This document shows positions 9,195 to 19,674 of a stretch of DNA of 64,000 bases, piece after piece. Below the pieces are notes generated by a model. It was not told the DNA's origin and made no database searches. It saw nothing but the letters and a program-made list of their open reading frames with translations. The position numbers and the translations under genes were made by a program. The DNA comes from Candidatus Fimivivens faecavium (lineage in GTDB: Bacteria; Bacillota; Clostridia; Oscillospirales; Ruminococcaceae): assembly GCA_018716105.1 (NCBI GenBank), contig DVKH01000012.1, positions 1,225-65,224 on the forward strand. The letters run 5' to 3'. Numbering within the stretch: position 1 is the first letter of the stretch; every line of letters starts with the position of its first letter.

Positions 9195-9557
9195 CCCTCA
9201 TTTTCACATCAACCGGCCAAAAACTATGTCGTCTACAATTTGATGGGCCGGTTCCGCTCGGGAATTAGATTTCAGGCCGTTTTTCCCCAGGCGTTTCGAG
9301 AATGCCCTCCAGCCAGGGATTCGTCCCAACGGCAAATACGATTACCAGAGTGGGTTCTACCCCTGGGGCGGGGAACCAACTCCCCAAAAATGCCGGATCA
9401 AATCACACGGGGCCAGGGACCTGCGGCCCTTACGACAGCTTTCAAAATAATGGGTGCCGGCGCTTTGAAACGGCGGCGAAATCATCGCCGCCGCCCCATT
9501 CGTCCTCAAATGAACAACTCCCCCGGCACGCTTTGACAGCGCGTCACCAGTTTCTTC

Positions 9558-9587
9558 TTGCCCGTTCTGCCGTTTCGATGGTATAAT
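9558..9587 (+). promoter_or_regulatory. promoter TTGCCC-18-TGgTATAAT (extended -10) embedded in the start of repeat copy C
   Basis: Hexamers at 9558-9563 and 9582-9587, with a TG two bases upstream of the -10. Confidence 0.45.
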
Positions 9588-9751
9588 AACCGCAGTAAAT
9601 TGGGCAAGGCCCAATTTGCCCCGCCTGCGGCGGGGCGGCGCGGTTAAATCCGCGCCCTGCGCTTGTTACGCCAGAACCCCAACCGGCTTTGCCGGTCTGT
9701 CCGCCGCTCCCGCGGCGCGCAGGCCCGATTGGCCCTGCCGTTATGGCATAC
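9580..9751 (+). repeat. GC-rich structured repeat, copy C, in front of the cytidylate-kinase-like gene
   Basis: Three consecutive hairpins (TTGGGC/GCCCAA, CCCCGCC/GGCGGGG, GGCGCGG/CCGCGCC) are bracketed by CCGCAG...CTGCG. Same block order as 6342-6510 on the other strand. Confidence 0.65.
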
Positions 9752-9797
9752 TGAAATAAAGCAGAAATCGGCTTCGCATCAAAGGAGGTTGGCCCTG

Positions 9798-10427
9798 ATG
9801 ACACATACGGTAATCACCATCGCGCGCGGACACGGAAGCGGCGGCAGACGGATTGGAAAGCGCCTGGCCAAGGAACTCGGCTTTGCCTTTTATGACCGGG
9901 AGCTGCTTCGACTCGCTTCGGAGGACAGCGGCATTAACGAGCGTTTGTTTGCAGAGGCGGACGAGACGATGAAAAACAGCCTTTTGTTCCGCGTCGCCAA
10001 AAAGGTCTACAAAGGCGACATCATCCCGCCGGACCGGGACGACTTTGTTTCAAACGAAAACCTCTTCAACTATCAGGCGAAGGTCATCCGCGAGCTTGCG
10101 CAGGAAGGCCCCTCGGTCATCGTCGGACGCTGCGCCGACTTTGTGTTAAAAGATCACGAGCGGCTGGTTCGAATCTACATCCACGCGCCGCTGGAAACCT
10201 GCATCGACCGTCAGGAAGCGATGATCAGCCTGCCGAGAAAGACGCTCGAAAAGCAGATCGTCACCACAGACAAGCGCCGCGCCGCCTACTACCGCTATTT
10301 TACCGGACGGGACTGGAAAGACGCGGACCACTACGATCTCTGCTTCGACAGCAGCGTTTTGAGCGAGCAGAAATGCGTCGACCTGATCCGCGCCTACATC
10401 GCCGCCCGCTTTAAAGAGGAACCCTGA
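9798..10427 (+). CDS. cytidylate kinase-like family protein (PF13189-type)
   Basis: MTHTVITIARGHGSGGRRIGKRLAKELGFAFYDRELL is the typical N-terminus of this family. GGAGG RBS. Confidence 0.8.
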   Translation: MTHTVITIARGHGSGGRRIGKRLAKELGFAFYDRELLRLASEDSGINERLFAEADETMKNSLLFRVAKKVYKGDIIPPDRDDFVSNENLFNYQAKVIRELAQEGPSVIVGRCADFVLKDHERLVRIYIHAPLETCIDRQEAMISLPRKTLEKQIVTTDKRRAAYYRYFTGRDWKDADHYDLCFDSSVLSEQKCVDLIRAYIAARFKEEP

Positions 10428-10430
10428 ACG

Positions 10431-10467
10431 AAACGCATCTCCGGCCATTGGCCGGAGATGCGTTTTC
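10431..10467. terminator. bidirectional rho-independent terminator
   Basis: AAACGCATCTCCGGCC..GGCCGGAGATGCGTTTT, a perfect long stem flanked by A and T runs. Confidence 0.7.
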
Positions 10468-10566
10468 ACTCAAGGCGCTTCCAGCGCCGCCCAGTAGTCC
10501 TGCGGCTATGCCCGCGTTCTATCCGCCCGCCGCCATGGACCCCCGATGGCCGCGCAGAATTTTATG

Positions 10567-11637
10567 TCAGATCTTCGCCGCGACGGCGTCGCCCATCTCG
10601 GAGCAGGAAACCCGTTTTCCGCCCGCCGCGGCGATGTCGCCGGTGCGGTACCCTTCGTCGAGCGCGCGTTCCACCGCGTCCTCGATCGCCTTTGCCTCCG
10701 CCTCCATGTCAAACGAATACCGGAGCATCATCGCCGCCGCAAGGATGGTCCCGATGGGATTTGCGAGATTCTTCCCCGCGATGTCGGGGGCCGAGCCGTG
10801 AATCGGTTCATAGAGGCCGTTCTTCCCGTCACCGAGGCTCGCCGACGGGATCATCCCGATCGAACCCGCGACCATGCTCGCTTCGTCGGTGAGGATATCG
10901 CCGAACATATTCTCGGTCACGACCACGTCGAACTGCGACGGGTCGCGGACGATCTGCATCGCGGTGTTGTCGACCAGCATGTTCGAGAACGAAACGTCCG
11001 GATAATCCTTTGCGGTCCGCTCCGCGACCTCCCGCCAGAGCCGGGAGGAGTCGAGGACGTTCGCCTTGTCGACCGAGGTCACTTTCCCGCGGCGCTTTTT
11101 CGCGATATCGAACGCGACCCGCACGATCCGCTCGATCTCGTGTTCGGAATAGGACAGCACGTCGGTCGCGACCTTCTCGCCGTTTCGCTCGGTGGTTTCG
11201 TGCTTTCCGAAGTAAATGCCGCCGGTCAGCTCCCGCACGACGACGAAATCGATCCCCTTTTCTACAATGTCGGCGCGAAGCGGGGAGGATTCCCTCAGCT
11301 GCCGGAACATCCTCGACGGCCGGAGGTTCGCATAAAGCCCCATCCCGGCCCGCAGCGCAAGCAGCCCCGTCTCGGGGCGGATGCTCTTGTCCACCATGTC
11401 CCATTTGGGTCCGCCGACTGCGCCGAGCAGGACCGCGTCTGCCTCCCGGCAGGCCCCCAGCGTCTCGTCCGGCAGCGGGACCCCCGCCGCGTCGATCGCC
11501 GCGCCGCCGAGCAGCGCGGGCGTATAGGCGAAGCGGTGGCCGAATTTTGCAGCCGTCCGATCCAGGACCTTGACCGCTTCATTCACGATTTCGGGGCCGA
11601 TGCCGTCCCCGCTGAGCACTGTGATTCTCTTTTCCAT
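10567..11637 (-). CDS. leuB: 3-isopropylmalate dehydrogenase
   Basis: [18 protein letters not shown]...LYANLRP...[13 protein letters not shown]...GSAPDIAGK. Start trimmed from the longer ORF. Confidence 0.9.
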   Translation of the reverse strand: MEKRITVLSGDGIGPEIVNEAVKVLDRTAAKFGHRFAYTPALLGGAAIDAAGVPLPDETLGACREADAVLLGAVGGPKWDMVDKSIRPETGLLALRAGMGLYANLRPSRMFRQLRESSPLRADIVEKGIDFVVVRELTGGIYFGKHETTERNGEKVATDVLSYSEHEIERIVRVAFDIAKKRRGKVTSVDKANVLDSSRLWREVAERTAKDYPDVSFSNMLVDNTAMQIVRDPSQFDVVVTENMFGDILTDEASMVAGSIGMIPSASLGDGKNGLYEPIHGSAPDIAGKNLANPIGTILAAAMMLRYSFDMEAEAKAIEDAVERALDEGYRTGDIAAAGGKRVSCSEMGDAVAAKI

Positions 11638-11648
11638 GCCGCCGCCTC

Positions 11649-12134
11649 CTACTTCGCCTTGATCGCACCCAGCAGTCCGTTCGCCTTCACGATCTCCTGA
11701 ATAAACGGCGGGAACGGCTGCGCCTGATAGGTTTTCTTTTTGGTGTGGTCGGTGATCAAACCGGTGTTGAAATCGACCGAGACCTCGTCCCCCGCCTCGA
11801 TCCCGTCGCTCGCCTCGACGCATTCGAGGATTGGAAGGCCGATGTTGATCGAATTGCGGTAGAAGATCCTGGCAAAGCTCTTCGCGATCACGCAGGAAAC
11901 CCCCGCCGCCTTGATCGCGATCGGCGCGTGCTCGCGCGAGGAGCCGCAGCCGAAGTTATTTCCGCCGACGATGATGTCGCCGGCTTTCATCTTCCCGACA
12001 AAATCCCTGTCGATATCCTCCATGCAGTGGGAGGCCAGCTCCTTGTGGTCGGCCGTGTTGAGGTAGCGCGCAGGGATGATCACGTCGGTATCGACGTTGT
12101 CGCCGTATTTAAATGCCGTCGCTCTGTTGCTCAT
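11649..12134 (-). CDS. leuD: 3-isopropylmalate dehydratase small subunit
   Basis: 161 aa; [15 protein letters not shown]...[11 protein letters not shown]. Confidence 0.9.
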   Translation of the reverse strand: MSNRATAFKYGDNVDTDVIIPARYLNTADHKELASHCMEDIDRDFVGKMKAGDIIVGGNNFGCGSSREHAPIAIKAAGVSCVIAKSFARIFYRNSINIGLPILECVEASDGIEAGDEVSVDFNTGLITDHTKKKTYQAQPFPPFIQEIVKANGLLGAIKAK

Positions 12135-12175
12135 CTTATTTTCACTCCTGTTCCTTCTGCAAAACGCCGCAATGT

Positions 12176-13432
12176 TCAGTCCCCGGGCTGTGCGATTTTT
12201 CCCGCAATGGCCGAAGCCGCCGCAACCGCCGGGCCAGCGAGGTAGACCTCAGAGGTCGGGTGGCCCATCCGCCCGACGAAGTTCCGGTTTGTGGTCGCAA
12301 CCGCCCGCTCGCCCGCCGCGAGGATTCCCATATGCCCGCCGAGGCAGGGGCCGCAGGTCGGGGTCGAAACCACCGCGCCCGCGTCGAGGAAGATGTCGGT
12401 GTAGCCCAGGCGCATGCACTCGCGGTAGACCCACGGCGTCGCCGGAATCACGATGCAGCGCACGTCCCTGGCCACCTTTTTGCCCTTCATCACCTCGGCC
12501 GCCATCGCCATATCGGCGAGCTTTCCGTTGGTGCAGGAGCCGATCACAACCTGGTCGATCGGCACGTCCCCGATCTGGTCAAAGGTCCTGGCGTTTTCCG
12601 GCAGATGGGGGAAAGCGACCGTCAGGCCGATTTTGCCGAGGTCGATGTCGTAAACCGCGTCGTATTCGGCGTCGCCGTCCGCCTGAAAGACCTCATAGGG
12701 GCGCTGCACGCGGTCGTCCACATAGGCTCTGGTCACCTCGTCGACCGGGAAGACGCCGTTTTTGCCGCCCGCCTCAATCGCCATGTTGCAGATGGTCAGC
12801 CGGTCGTCGATCGTGAGGTTTTTGACCCCCTCGCCGGAAAACTCCATCGACTTGTAAAGCGCGCCGTCGACCCCGATCATGCCGATGATATGTAAGATCA
12901 CATCCTTGCCGCTGACCCACTTTTGGAGTTTGCCGGTAACGTTGAATTTGATCGCGGAGGGGACCTTGAACCAGAGCTTCCCGGTCGCCATCACCGCCGC
13001 CATGTCGGTCGAACCGACGCCGGTTGAAAACGCGCCGAGCGCGCCGTAGGTGCAGGTGTGGGAGTCGGCGCCGGTCACAATCTCGCCCGGCGCGACCAGC
13101 CCCTTTTCCGGCAGGAGGGTGTGCTCAACCCCCATCTCGCCGACGTCATAAAAGTGCGTCAGGTCGTATTTCCGCGCGAAGGCCCTGCTCTGCTTGCACT
13201 GCTCCGCCGCCTTGATGTCCTTGTTCGGCGCGAAGTGGTCCATCACCAGCGCGATCTTCCCCTTGTCGAAGACCGAGGTAAAGCCCGCCTTCTCAAACTC
13301 GTTGATCGCGACCGGCGAGGTGATGTCGTTTCCAAGCATCATGTCGATTTTCGCCTCGATTAGCTGCCCGGGCTTTACTTCATCGAGCCCCGCGTGCGCC
13401 GCCAGAATTTTCTGCGTCATGGTCATGCCCAT
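12176..13432 (-). CDS. leuC: 3-isopropylmalate dehydratase large subunit
   Basis: 418 aa; aconitase-family motifs [15 protein letters not shown] and GSCTNG. Confidence 0.9.
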   Translation of the reverse strand: MGMTMTQKILAAHAGLDEVKPGQLIEAKIDMMLGNDITSPVAINEFEKAGFTSVFDKGKIALVMDHFAPNKDIKAAEQCKQSRAFARKYDLTHFYDVGEMGVEHTLLPEKGLVAPGEIVTGADSHTCTYGALGAFSTGVGSTDMAAVMATGKLWFKVPSAIKFNVTGKLQKWVSGKDVILHIIGMIGVDGALYKSMEFSGEGVKNLTIDDRLTICNMAIEAGGKNGVFPVDEVTRAYVDDRVQRPYEVFQADGDAEYDAVYDIDLGKIGLTVAFPHLPENARTFDQIGDVPIDQVVIGSCTNGKLADMAMAAEVMKGKKVARDVRCIVIPATPWVYRECMRLGYTDIFLDAGAVVSTPTCGPCLGGHMGILAAGERAVATTNRNFVGRMGHPTSEVYLAGPAVAAASAIAGKIAQPGD

Positions 13433-13480
13433 CTTGAGTTCTCCTCTCCATCGCCGGCGGAAACGCCGCCGTTCCTTCCA

Positions 13481-14995
13481 TTATACAATGCTGTGAATTT
13501 TGTCCATCCCGTTGACATAGGCCCGGATGCTCGCCTCAATGATGTCGGTCGAAAGGCCGCGCCCGGTGTATTCCTCGCCGTCGTGCAGGAGCTTGACGAT
13601 GACCTCGCCGAGCGCGTCCTCGCCCTCGCTGACCGCCTGGATGCTGTAGTTGGAAAGCTCCGCGTCGGTATGGGTGATCTGGTTGATCGCCTGAAACGCC
13701 GCGTCGATCGGGCCGGGCGCCGCCGCAACCCCTTCGACCGTCTCGCCGCCGACCGAAAGCTTGATCGCGGCGGTGGCGCTGATGTTGGTGCCGGAATTGA
13801 CCACAAAGCTCTCGAGGGTAAAGGTGCCCTTCTCATTGACCTTCTGCGCGGTCACAAGGGCTACGAGATCCTTGTCGCTGACCGTCTTTTTCTTGTCGGC
13901 GAGGTCTTTAAAGCGCTGGAACGCTGCCTCAAGCTCTTCCTTGGTGAGTTCATATCCCAGGGAACCCAGACGGTCGGCAAACGCATGTTTTCCAGAGTGC
14001 TTGCCAAGCACCATCCGGTTCTGCGGGACCCCGATGCTCTCAGGGGTCATAATTTCATAAGTCAGCGGATTGTTGAGGACCCCGTGCTGATGGATGCCCG
14101 CCTCGTGCGCAAAGGCGTTCGCGCCGACGATCGGTTTCGTCGGGGCGACCGGCACGCCGATGATCGAGGAGAGGAGCCTGCTGGTCCGGTAGATCTGGCT
14201 CGATTCGATCCCGGTTTCGGCCCCGTAATAGTCGGCGCGGGTTTTGAGCGCCATCGCGATCTCTTCAAGGCTCGCGTTTCCCGCCCGCTCGCCGATGCCG
14301 TTGACGGTGCATTCCACCTGGGTCGCGCCCGCCGCAATCGATGCGAGGGAGTTTGCCACCGCAAGGCCGAGGTCGTTGTGGCAATGCACCGAGATATCCA
14401 CACCGTCGATTCCCTCGACGTGCTCCTTCAGATAGCGGATCAGCTCGTACATCTCCTGCGGCGCCGCATAGCCGACCGTGTCCGGGACGTTGAGGACCGT
14501 CGCGCCCGCGCGGACCGCCGCGGTAAAGCACTCGGCGAGGAAGCCCCGGTCGCTCCGCGAGGCGTCCTCGGCGGAAAACTCGACGTCGGGGCAGTAGCCT
14601 TTCGCCCTTCGCACCATCCGGTCGATCTGGTCAAGCACCTGTTCGCGCGTCATCTTGAGCTTATATTTCATGTGGATGTCGCTCGTCGCGAGGAAGGTGT
14701 GAATCACCGGGTGCTTCGCGCCCTTGACCGCCTCCCAGGCGCGGTCGATGTCCTCGGGAAGCGCCCTGGAAAGGCTGGCGACTTTACAGTTCTGCACCAC
14801 GCCCGAAATCGCCTGGACCGCCTTAAAATCGTCGGGCGAAGAAATTGCAAACCCCGCTTCAATGATGTCGACGCCGAGTTTTTCCAGCTGGCGCGCCATC
14901 TCCAGCTTTTCCTGGAGATTCATGCTGCAGCCCGGGGACTGCTCCCCGTCGCGCAGGGTGGTGTCAAAAACCCGGATTCGTTTTCGTTCGTTCAT
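13481..14995 (-). CDS. leuA: 2-isopropylmalate synthase
   Basis: [16 protein letters not shown]...[18 protein letters not shown] at 14995 with a GGGAG RBS. Confidence 0.9.
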   Translation of the reverse strand: MNERKRIRVFDTTLRDGEQSPGCSMNLQEKLEMARQLEKLGVDIIEAGFAISSPDDFKAVQAISGVVQNCKVASLSRALPEDIDRAWEAVKGAKHPVIHTFLATSDIHMKYKLKMTREQVLDQIDRMVRRAKGYCPDVEFSAEDASRSDRGFLAECFTAAVRAGATVLNVPDTVGYAAPQEMYELIRYLKEHVEGIDGVDISVHCHNDLGLAVANSLASIAAGATQVECTVNGIGERAGNASLEEIAMALKTRADYYGAETGIESSQIYRTSRLLSSIIGVPVAPTKPIVGANAFAHEAGIHQHGVLNNPLTYEIMTPESIGVPQNRMVLGKHSGKHAFADRLGSLGYELTKEELEAAFQRFKDLADKKKTVSDKDLVALVTAQKVNEKGTFTLESFVVNSGTNISATAAIKLSVGGETVEGVAAAPGPIDAAFQAINQITHTDAELSNYSIQAVSEGEDALGEVIVKLLHDGEEYTGRGLSTDIIEASIRAYVNGMDKIHSIV

Positions 14996-15027
14996 ACCGC
15001 ATCTCCCTTTCAAACTCTTTGGAAGAA

Positions 15028-15320
15028 CAAAAAAGCCTTCGTCTGTCGCGCCTTATAACGCGAGAGACGAAAGCGCCGCTTCCGTGGTACCACTCTCATT
15101 GGCGGAAAACCCGCCCGCTCGTTTCCGCATCGGCCCTGCAAACGGGCGAATGCCGCCTTCTGGTAACGGTGAGGAACCCGTTCTTCCTACTGAGCCGCAG
15201 CGGGCCGTTCAGTCGACAGCTAAAGGGCGAGTTCGAACTGATCCGGGCGCCGCCTCGCACCAACCGGCGGCTCTCTGGTGCTCCAGGCACACAATCCGTT
15301 TTCCCTTATCATCGCATTTG
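15028..15320 (-). promoter_or_regulatory. T-box leader (Leu, specifier CUC) with terminator, controlling leuABCD
   Basis: On the minus strand: GCGATGATAAGGG (K-turn/stem I base), AGAGAG, distal GTTGGTGCGA, GAA-CTC-G immediately before GCCCTT (closing the AAGGG helix), T-box AGAGTGGTACCACGG, then a long terminator hairpin plus TTTTTT. Confidence 0.75.
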
Positions 15321-15338
15321 GAAAATTTGATTTTCTTT

Positions 15339-15368
15339 ATGATACGGCATCGGCCGGGCGGTTGTCAA
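15339..15368 (-). promoter_or_regulatory. promoter TTGACA-18-TATCAT for the leu leader
   Basis: Minus-strand hexamers (plus-strand TGTCAA 15363-15368, ATGATA 15339-15344). Confidence 0.45.
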
Positions 15369-15692
15369 GCCCCGCCGCAAAATTTTTTGCCCGCGCCGCT
15401 TGACTGCCCGCCGGTTTCTCCGCCGTGGGAATCCCGAAGAGGACTTCTCAGGTGCGGTTGGCACGGCGGCTGTGCGCCGTGTAAAGCTCATGCGGTCCGC
15501 CCAAAACGCACGGGCCCCGTCCCTGCGCCTGCCGCACCATCTTTGGAAGATACAGGCCGTTTTGTCCAAATTCGCCGCCCACGGCTGTCATGGATACCTT
15601 TCCCGGATCGCGCCGTCCTCTTTTTCGTCTCTCTCCTGCCCGATTGGGACCGCCCTTAGAACAGACGGCTTCCCACAGAAAGCGTTCCTGCT

Positions 15693-16886
15693 TCAAAACG
15701 ATATCTTGTCCAAAATCCCGGAGAGTTTCGCAATCGCAACGCCGTAGTTTGTTATCGGCACCCCCTGTTCCTCCGCCTTCTGAACCCGCGAGAGGACGTA
15801 CCGGCGGTTGAACATGCATGCCCCGCAGTGGATGACCAGGTCATAGGGCGAGAGGTCCTCGGGAAAATCAGTCCCGCTCACCACCGTAACCGAAAGGCCC
15901 TCGCCCGCTTTTTTTCGCAGAAGCCGCGGGAGCTTCACCCGCCCGATGTCCTCTTCCTTGGGCGCGTGGGTGCAGGCTTCGGCGATCAGCACATGCGAAT
16001 TCTCATTGAGGGAGTCAATCGCCTCCGCCCCTTTCAGGAACGCTTCGATGTCCCCCTTGTACTGCGCCATCAGCACCGAAAACGAGGTCAGGCGCGCTCC
16101 TTTGGGAAGGGACCTGTGCACGAGCGGGAACACCTGGGAGTCGGTGATCACCAATGCCGGCGGAGCTGACAGCGCAGAATACGCTTTTTCGAGGCGTTCG
16201 GCGGTCGTGCAGACAACCGTGCACTGCCGGTCCAAAAGGTCCCGGATGGTCTGTACCTGCGGGAGGATCAGCCGGCCCTTCGGGGCCTGAATATCCTGCG
16301 GCATGACGAGCAGGACCACGTCGTCCTCCCGCACCAGCCGCCCGGTGATGCTCCCCGCCCCATAGCCGGCCGGGACATGCCGGGCGATCTCCTCCCGAAG
16401 CGAAGGGATTCCCTCCCCGGTCTTTGCGCTGATCAGAAGCGGGACAAGGCCGGTCGCCGCCTCAATCTCTGCGGCGCGGGCGGCGGGACGCCCCGCCGCG
16501 TCCTGTTTCCCAAGGGCCGCGATCACCGGGACCCCCCTCTCCCGGAAGAACGCCGCCCACTCTGTCTCGGCGGAAAGCTCCCCTTCGGGCGGGAACACCA
16601 GAATCGCGATGTCGGTTTTCTCCGCCGCCCTGCGGGTCCCCTCGACGCGGAGCGCGCCGAGCTCGCTTTTATCGTCGAAGCCCGCAGTGTCGAGGAAGAC
16701 CACAGGCCCGACGGGATGGAGCTCCATCGCCTTGTAAACCGGGTCCGCGGTGGTTCCCGCCACATCGGAGACAAGCGCCGCCTCCTGCCCGGTCAGGGCG
16801 TTGATCAGCGAGGACTTCCCGCTGTTGGCGCGCCCGAACAGCCCGATATGGAGCCGCTCGGCGCGCGGGGTTTCGTTGAGGCTCAT
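15693..16886 (-). CDS. hydF: [FeFe]-hydrogenase H-cluster maturation GTPase HydF
   Basis: 397 aa; GRANSGKSSLINALTGQ P-loop, DTAGFDD, and a C-terminal CxHxxxxxxxxxxxxxxxxxCGAC-type cluster region (EACTHAP...HCGACM). Confidence 0.9.
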   Translation of the reverse strand: MSLNETPRAERLHIGLFGRANSGKSSLINALTGQEAALVSDVAGTTADPVYKAMELHPVGPVVFLDTAGFDDKSELGALRVEGTRRAAEKTDIAILVFPPEGELSAETEWAAFFRERGVPVIAALGKQDAAGRPAARAAEIEAATGLVPLLISAKTGEGIPSLREEIARHVPAGYGAGSITGRLVREDDVVLLVMPQDIQAPKGRLILPQVQTIRDLLDRQCTVVCTTAERLEKAYSALSAPPALVITDSQVFPLVHRSLPKGARLTSFSVLMAQYKGDIEAFLKGAEAIDSLNENSHVLIAEACTHAPKEEDIGRVKLPRLLRKKAGEGLSVTVVSGTDFPEDLSPYDLVIHCGACMFNRRYVLSRVQKAEEQGVPITNYGVAIAKLSGILDKISF

Positions 16887-16898
16887 TGGCTTTCCCTC

Positions 16899-18311
16899 CT
16901 AGAAGCGGAAGTCGCGAAGGCCGGAGTGCAGGCCCTCGAGGTGTTCGAGGACCTTGGCCCTCACCTTTTCATTCGGGATGCGGCCGATTTCGTCCCGTAC
17001 CAACGCCCTGCCCTTCTCCCTTGTCTCGGGGGAAGCGTAGTCCTCCAGATATTCGGTCAGGGTCATCAGCGCGTTCGCCTGGCAGACGTTTGCGATCTGC
17101 CCGCTTTTGAGGAGCCGCATGAACCGGTCTCCGGTGCGCCCCTCGCGGTAGCAGGCGGTGCAGAAGCTCGGGATATGCCCGAGGTCGATCAGCCAGCTCA
17201 CCACCTCGTCGAGGGTCCGGGTGTCGTTGACTTCGAACTGGGCGGAGTTCTCCTCCTCCTTTTCGGCATAGCCGCCGACGCTGGTGGAGGACGCGCCGCT
17301 GATCTGCGACACGCCGAGCGTGAGGACCTTCTCCCTGGTCTTCTGGGATTCGCGGGTCGAGACGATGATCCCGGTATAGGGAACCGCGATGCGCAAAAGC
17401 GCGACCAGCTTCGTAAAGATCTCATCTGAGATCGCATTGGAGTAGTCGCCGGGGTCGACGTCGTCCGCCGGCCGAAGGCGCGGCACGCTGATGGTGTGCG
17501 GCCCGCAGCCCTTCGCCGCCTCGAGATGCTCCGCGTGCATGAGAAGGCCGATGAAGTCGTATTTATAGAGATTCAGGCCGAACAGCACCCCAAGCCCCAC
17601 GTCGTCGATTCCGCCGTCCATCGCGCGGTCCATCGCCTCGGTGTGATAGGCGTAGTTGTGCTTCGGGCCCTTCGGATGAAGGTACTCATAGGTCTCCTTG
17701 TGATAGGTCTCCTGGAACAGGATATAGGTGCCGATTCCGGCCTCCTTGAGCTTGCGGTAGTTCTCAACCGTCGTCGCCGCGATGTTGACGTTCACCCTGC
17801 GGATCGCGCCGTTTTGATGCTTGATGCCGTAGATGGTCTTGATGCTCTCGAGCACATATTCAATCGGGCAGCGCTCCGGATCCTCTCCGGTTTCCAGCGC
17901 GAGGCGCTTGTGCCCCATGTCCTGAAGCGCCGTCACCTCACGGACAATCTCCTCCTGAGAGAGCTGCTTTCTCGCGATATGCTTGTTCGACCCGTGATAG
18001 GGGCAGTACCGGCACTCGTTGACGCAGTAGTTGGAGAGATAAAGCGGCGCGAACATCACGATCCGGTTGCCGTAAAACCGGCGCTTGATGCGGTTGGCGA
18101 GGTCCTTCATCCGCTCGGCCACGTCGGGCAGCTCCGAATGGAGCAGGACCGCCGCTTCCTCGTGGCTGATCCCCTTCATCAGCTCCGCTTTCTCAAAGAT
18201 CCGGCCGATCAGTTCACGGTTTTCCGCGTTCTCCTCCCCATATCGGAGGCACCGCCGGATTTCCTCGTCGCTGATGAATTCCTCCGCCTTGGATGACATC
18301 ATATTGTACAT
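16899..18311 (-). CDS. hydG: [FeFe]-hydrogenase radical SAM maturase HydG
   Basis: Starts MYNMMSSKAEEFISDEEI. YLSNYCVNECRYCPY radical SAM site and a C-terminal CTACYR auxiliary-cluster motif. The 171-aa N-terminal extension in the ORF track overlaps hydE and was removed. Confidence 0.9.
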   Translation of the reverse strand: MYNMMSSKAEEFISDEEIRRCLRYGEENAENRELIGRIFEKAELMKGISHEEAAVLLHSELPDVAERMKDLANRIKRRFYGNRIVMFAPLYLSNYCVNECRYCPYHGSNKHIARKQLSQEEIVREVTALQDMGHKRLALETGEDPERCPIEYVLESIKTIYGIKHQNGAIRRVNVNIAATTVENYRKLKEAGIGTYILFQETYHKETYEYLHPKGPKHNYAYHTEAMDRAMDGGIDDVGLGVLFGLNLYKYDFIGLLMHAEHLEAAKGCGPHTISVPRLRPADDVDPGDYSNAISDEIFTKLVALLRIAVPYTGIIVSTRESQKTREKVLTLGVSQISGASSTSVGGYAEKEEENSAQFEVNDTRTLDEVVSWLIDLGHIPSFCTACYREGRTGDRFMRLLKSGQIANVCQANALMTLTEYLEDYASPETREKGRALVRDEIGRIPNEKVRAKVLEHLEGLHSGLRDFRF

Positions 18312-18337
18312 AAGATCCCCCTCTCTTTTTGTCCCTG

Positions 18338-19366
18338 TCAGACCGGGACCCGTCCCATCGCGCGTATCTCGCCTTCCAGCGCCCGCCGCTCGGCCGCGAT
18401 GTCGGTGTCGCGAAGCTCGCTCGGATAGATTTGGTAAAGCCGTTTGACCCGGCTCGGGGTCACCTTGCGCATGATCACATTCGCCCCTCTGGAAAAGACA
18501 GCGTTTTTTTCCTCCCCATCGAGCACGCCGAGCGCGGTCGTCGCCGGAAGGTTGCAGAACGGCATCAGAATCCGTGCGAGCGCGACAGCCCGGCTTGTCA
18601 TCGCGACGCTGCCGTGAGGCAGGTCCCGGAGCGCCGTCTCCGGATGGGGCACGAACGGCCCGATCCCGGCCATGTCGCAGCCGAGCTCCAAAAGCAGCAG
18701 AAGGTCCCTGGCAATCGTCTCCTCCGTCTGCCCCGGCAGGCCGATCATGAACCCGCTCCCGACCTCGAATCCAAGCTCTTTGAGATCCCGCAGGCCCCGC
18801 ACCCGGTTTTCGAGCGTCCCGCACGGATGGAGGCTCCGATAGATCCTCTCGTCCGCCGTTTCGTGCTTCATCAGATACCGGTCGGCCCCCGCCTCGCGCA
18901 GGATCCGGTAGTCCTCCCGGCGCTTCTCGCCCGCCGAGACGGTCACGGCTGCGCCGGTCTTTTTGATCTCCCGGACCACGTCCGCGAGGATCTCGGGCGT
19001 AAACCAGGGATCCTCGCCCGACTGGAGGACGATGGTGCGGTATCCCGCCCGCGCCGCTTCGGCCGCCGTCTCCACCATTTCCGCCGGCGAAAGCCGGTAG
19101 CGGGAAAGCGCCCGGTTTTCGGAGTTTAACCCGCAGTAGCGGCAGCGCCTGCGGCAGTGGTTTGAAAATTCGAGAATCGCGCGGATCAGAATGGCGTCGC
19201 CCTTTGTCTCCCGCCTAAAATCATCCGCGAGCCGGTAGAATTCTGAAAAATCACGCCGCCTTAAAAGCGCAGCCAGCGCCTTTGCTTCCGGGATAACGCC
19301 GTGCTCCTCGGCCCTTAGACGGAGCGCGGCAAGCTGTTCTCCGCGGCGGCCCGCGCTACTGTCCAT
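18338..19366 (-). CDS. hydE: [FeFe]-hydrogenase radical SAM maturase HydE
   Basis: LEFSNHCRRRCRYCGL CxxxCxxC site and BioB-like fold motifs. The exact start is uncertain (19366 or 19423). Confidence 0.85.
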   Translation of the reverse strand: MDSSAGRRGEQLAALRLRAEEHGVIPEAKALAALLRRRDFSEFYRLADDFRRETKGDAILIRAILEFSNHCRRRCRYCGLNSENRALSRYRLSPAEMVETAAEAARAGYRTIVLQSGEDPWFTPEILADVVREIKKTGAAVTVSAGEKRREDYRILREAGADRYLMKHETADERIYRSLHPCGTLENRVRGLRDLKELGFEVGSGFMIGLPGQTEETIARDLLLLLELGCDMAGIGPFVPHPETALRDLPHGSVAMTSRAVALARILMPFCNLPATTALGVLDGEEKNAVFSRGANVIMRKVTPSRVKRLYQIYPSELRDTDIAAERRALEGEIRAMGRVPV

Positions 19367-19619
19367 GCGCCTGGCCCGCCTTGGAATAAAGGGTTTTGAC
19401 GCTGATGCCCGGAAGCTTTCCAAGCCTCCCGGACATCGCGGAGATCTCCTGCTGCGGCGCGTCGATGATCACGCTGATGATACAGATCCCCTTATCCCGA
19501 TAGGGTACCCCCATCCGCCCGACGATAAACCGCCCGAATTGATGCAGGATCTCGTTGGCTTCGGCCGCCGCCGACGTGTCCTCGACAATGATGCCGACAA
19601 GTGCGATTCTGGTTTCCAT
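19356..19619 (-). CDS. TM1266-family putative iron-only hydrogenase system regulator (small ACT/NikR-C-like protein)
   Basis: METRIALVGIIVEDTSAAAEANEILHQFGRFIVGRMGVPYRDKGICIISVIIDAPQQEISAMSGRLGKLPGISVK matches the family pattern. It is the first gene of the hydE-G-F operon. Confidence 0.7.
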   Translation of the reverse strand: METRIALVGIIVEDTSAAAEANEILHQFGRFIVGRMGVPYRDKGICIISVIIDAPQQEISAMSGRLGKLPGISVKTLYSKAGQAHGQ

Positions 19620-19636
19620 TGCCTTCCTCCTTTGGC

Positions 19637-19674
19637 GCGCCGGCCGATAAAAAACGCCCCGCGCCGGAATCTTG
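19637..19674 (-). terminator. intrinsic terminator inside the 5' leader of the hyd operon (attenuator)
   Basis: Minus-strand RNA CGCCCUGUGCC-AAGAUUCC-GGCGCGGGGCG forms an 11-bp stem (two G-U pairs) followed by UUUUUUAU. It ends about 20 nt before the RBS/ATG of the regulator gene. Confidence 0.65.

Noticed and set aside
7492-9207. 571-aa minus-strand ORF covering the whole nhaC locus
   Set aside because: It is antisense to a well-supported NhaC gene. The translation is extremely Arg/Asp/Gly/His-rich with no motifs, which is typical of a high-GC antisense open frame.
9590-9662. tRNA-like cloverleaf (closing stem plus three hairpins, with a GGTTAAATCC loop reminiscent of a T-loop)
   Set aside because: Stem and loop lengths do not fit tRNA (6-7-bp arms, 2-6-nt loops, no anticodon loop of 7). 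The T-loop-like sequence is absent from the homologous copy at 6342-6510.
13394-15058. 554-aa plus-strand ORF opposite leuA
   Set aside because: It is antisense to a textbook 2-isopropylmalate synthase, has Arg/Asp/Leu-biased low-complexity composition and runs through the T-box leader.
18312-18824. 171-aa N-terminal extension of the hydG ORF in the track
   Set aside because: The extension overlaps hydE, is Arg/Gly-rich, and the conserved HydG N-terminus begins at MYNMMSSKAEEF (ATG at 18311).
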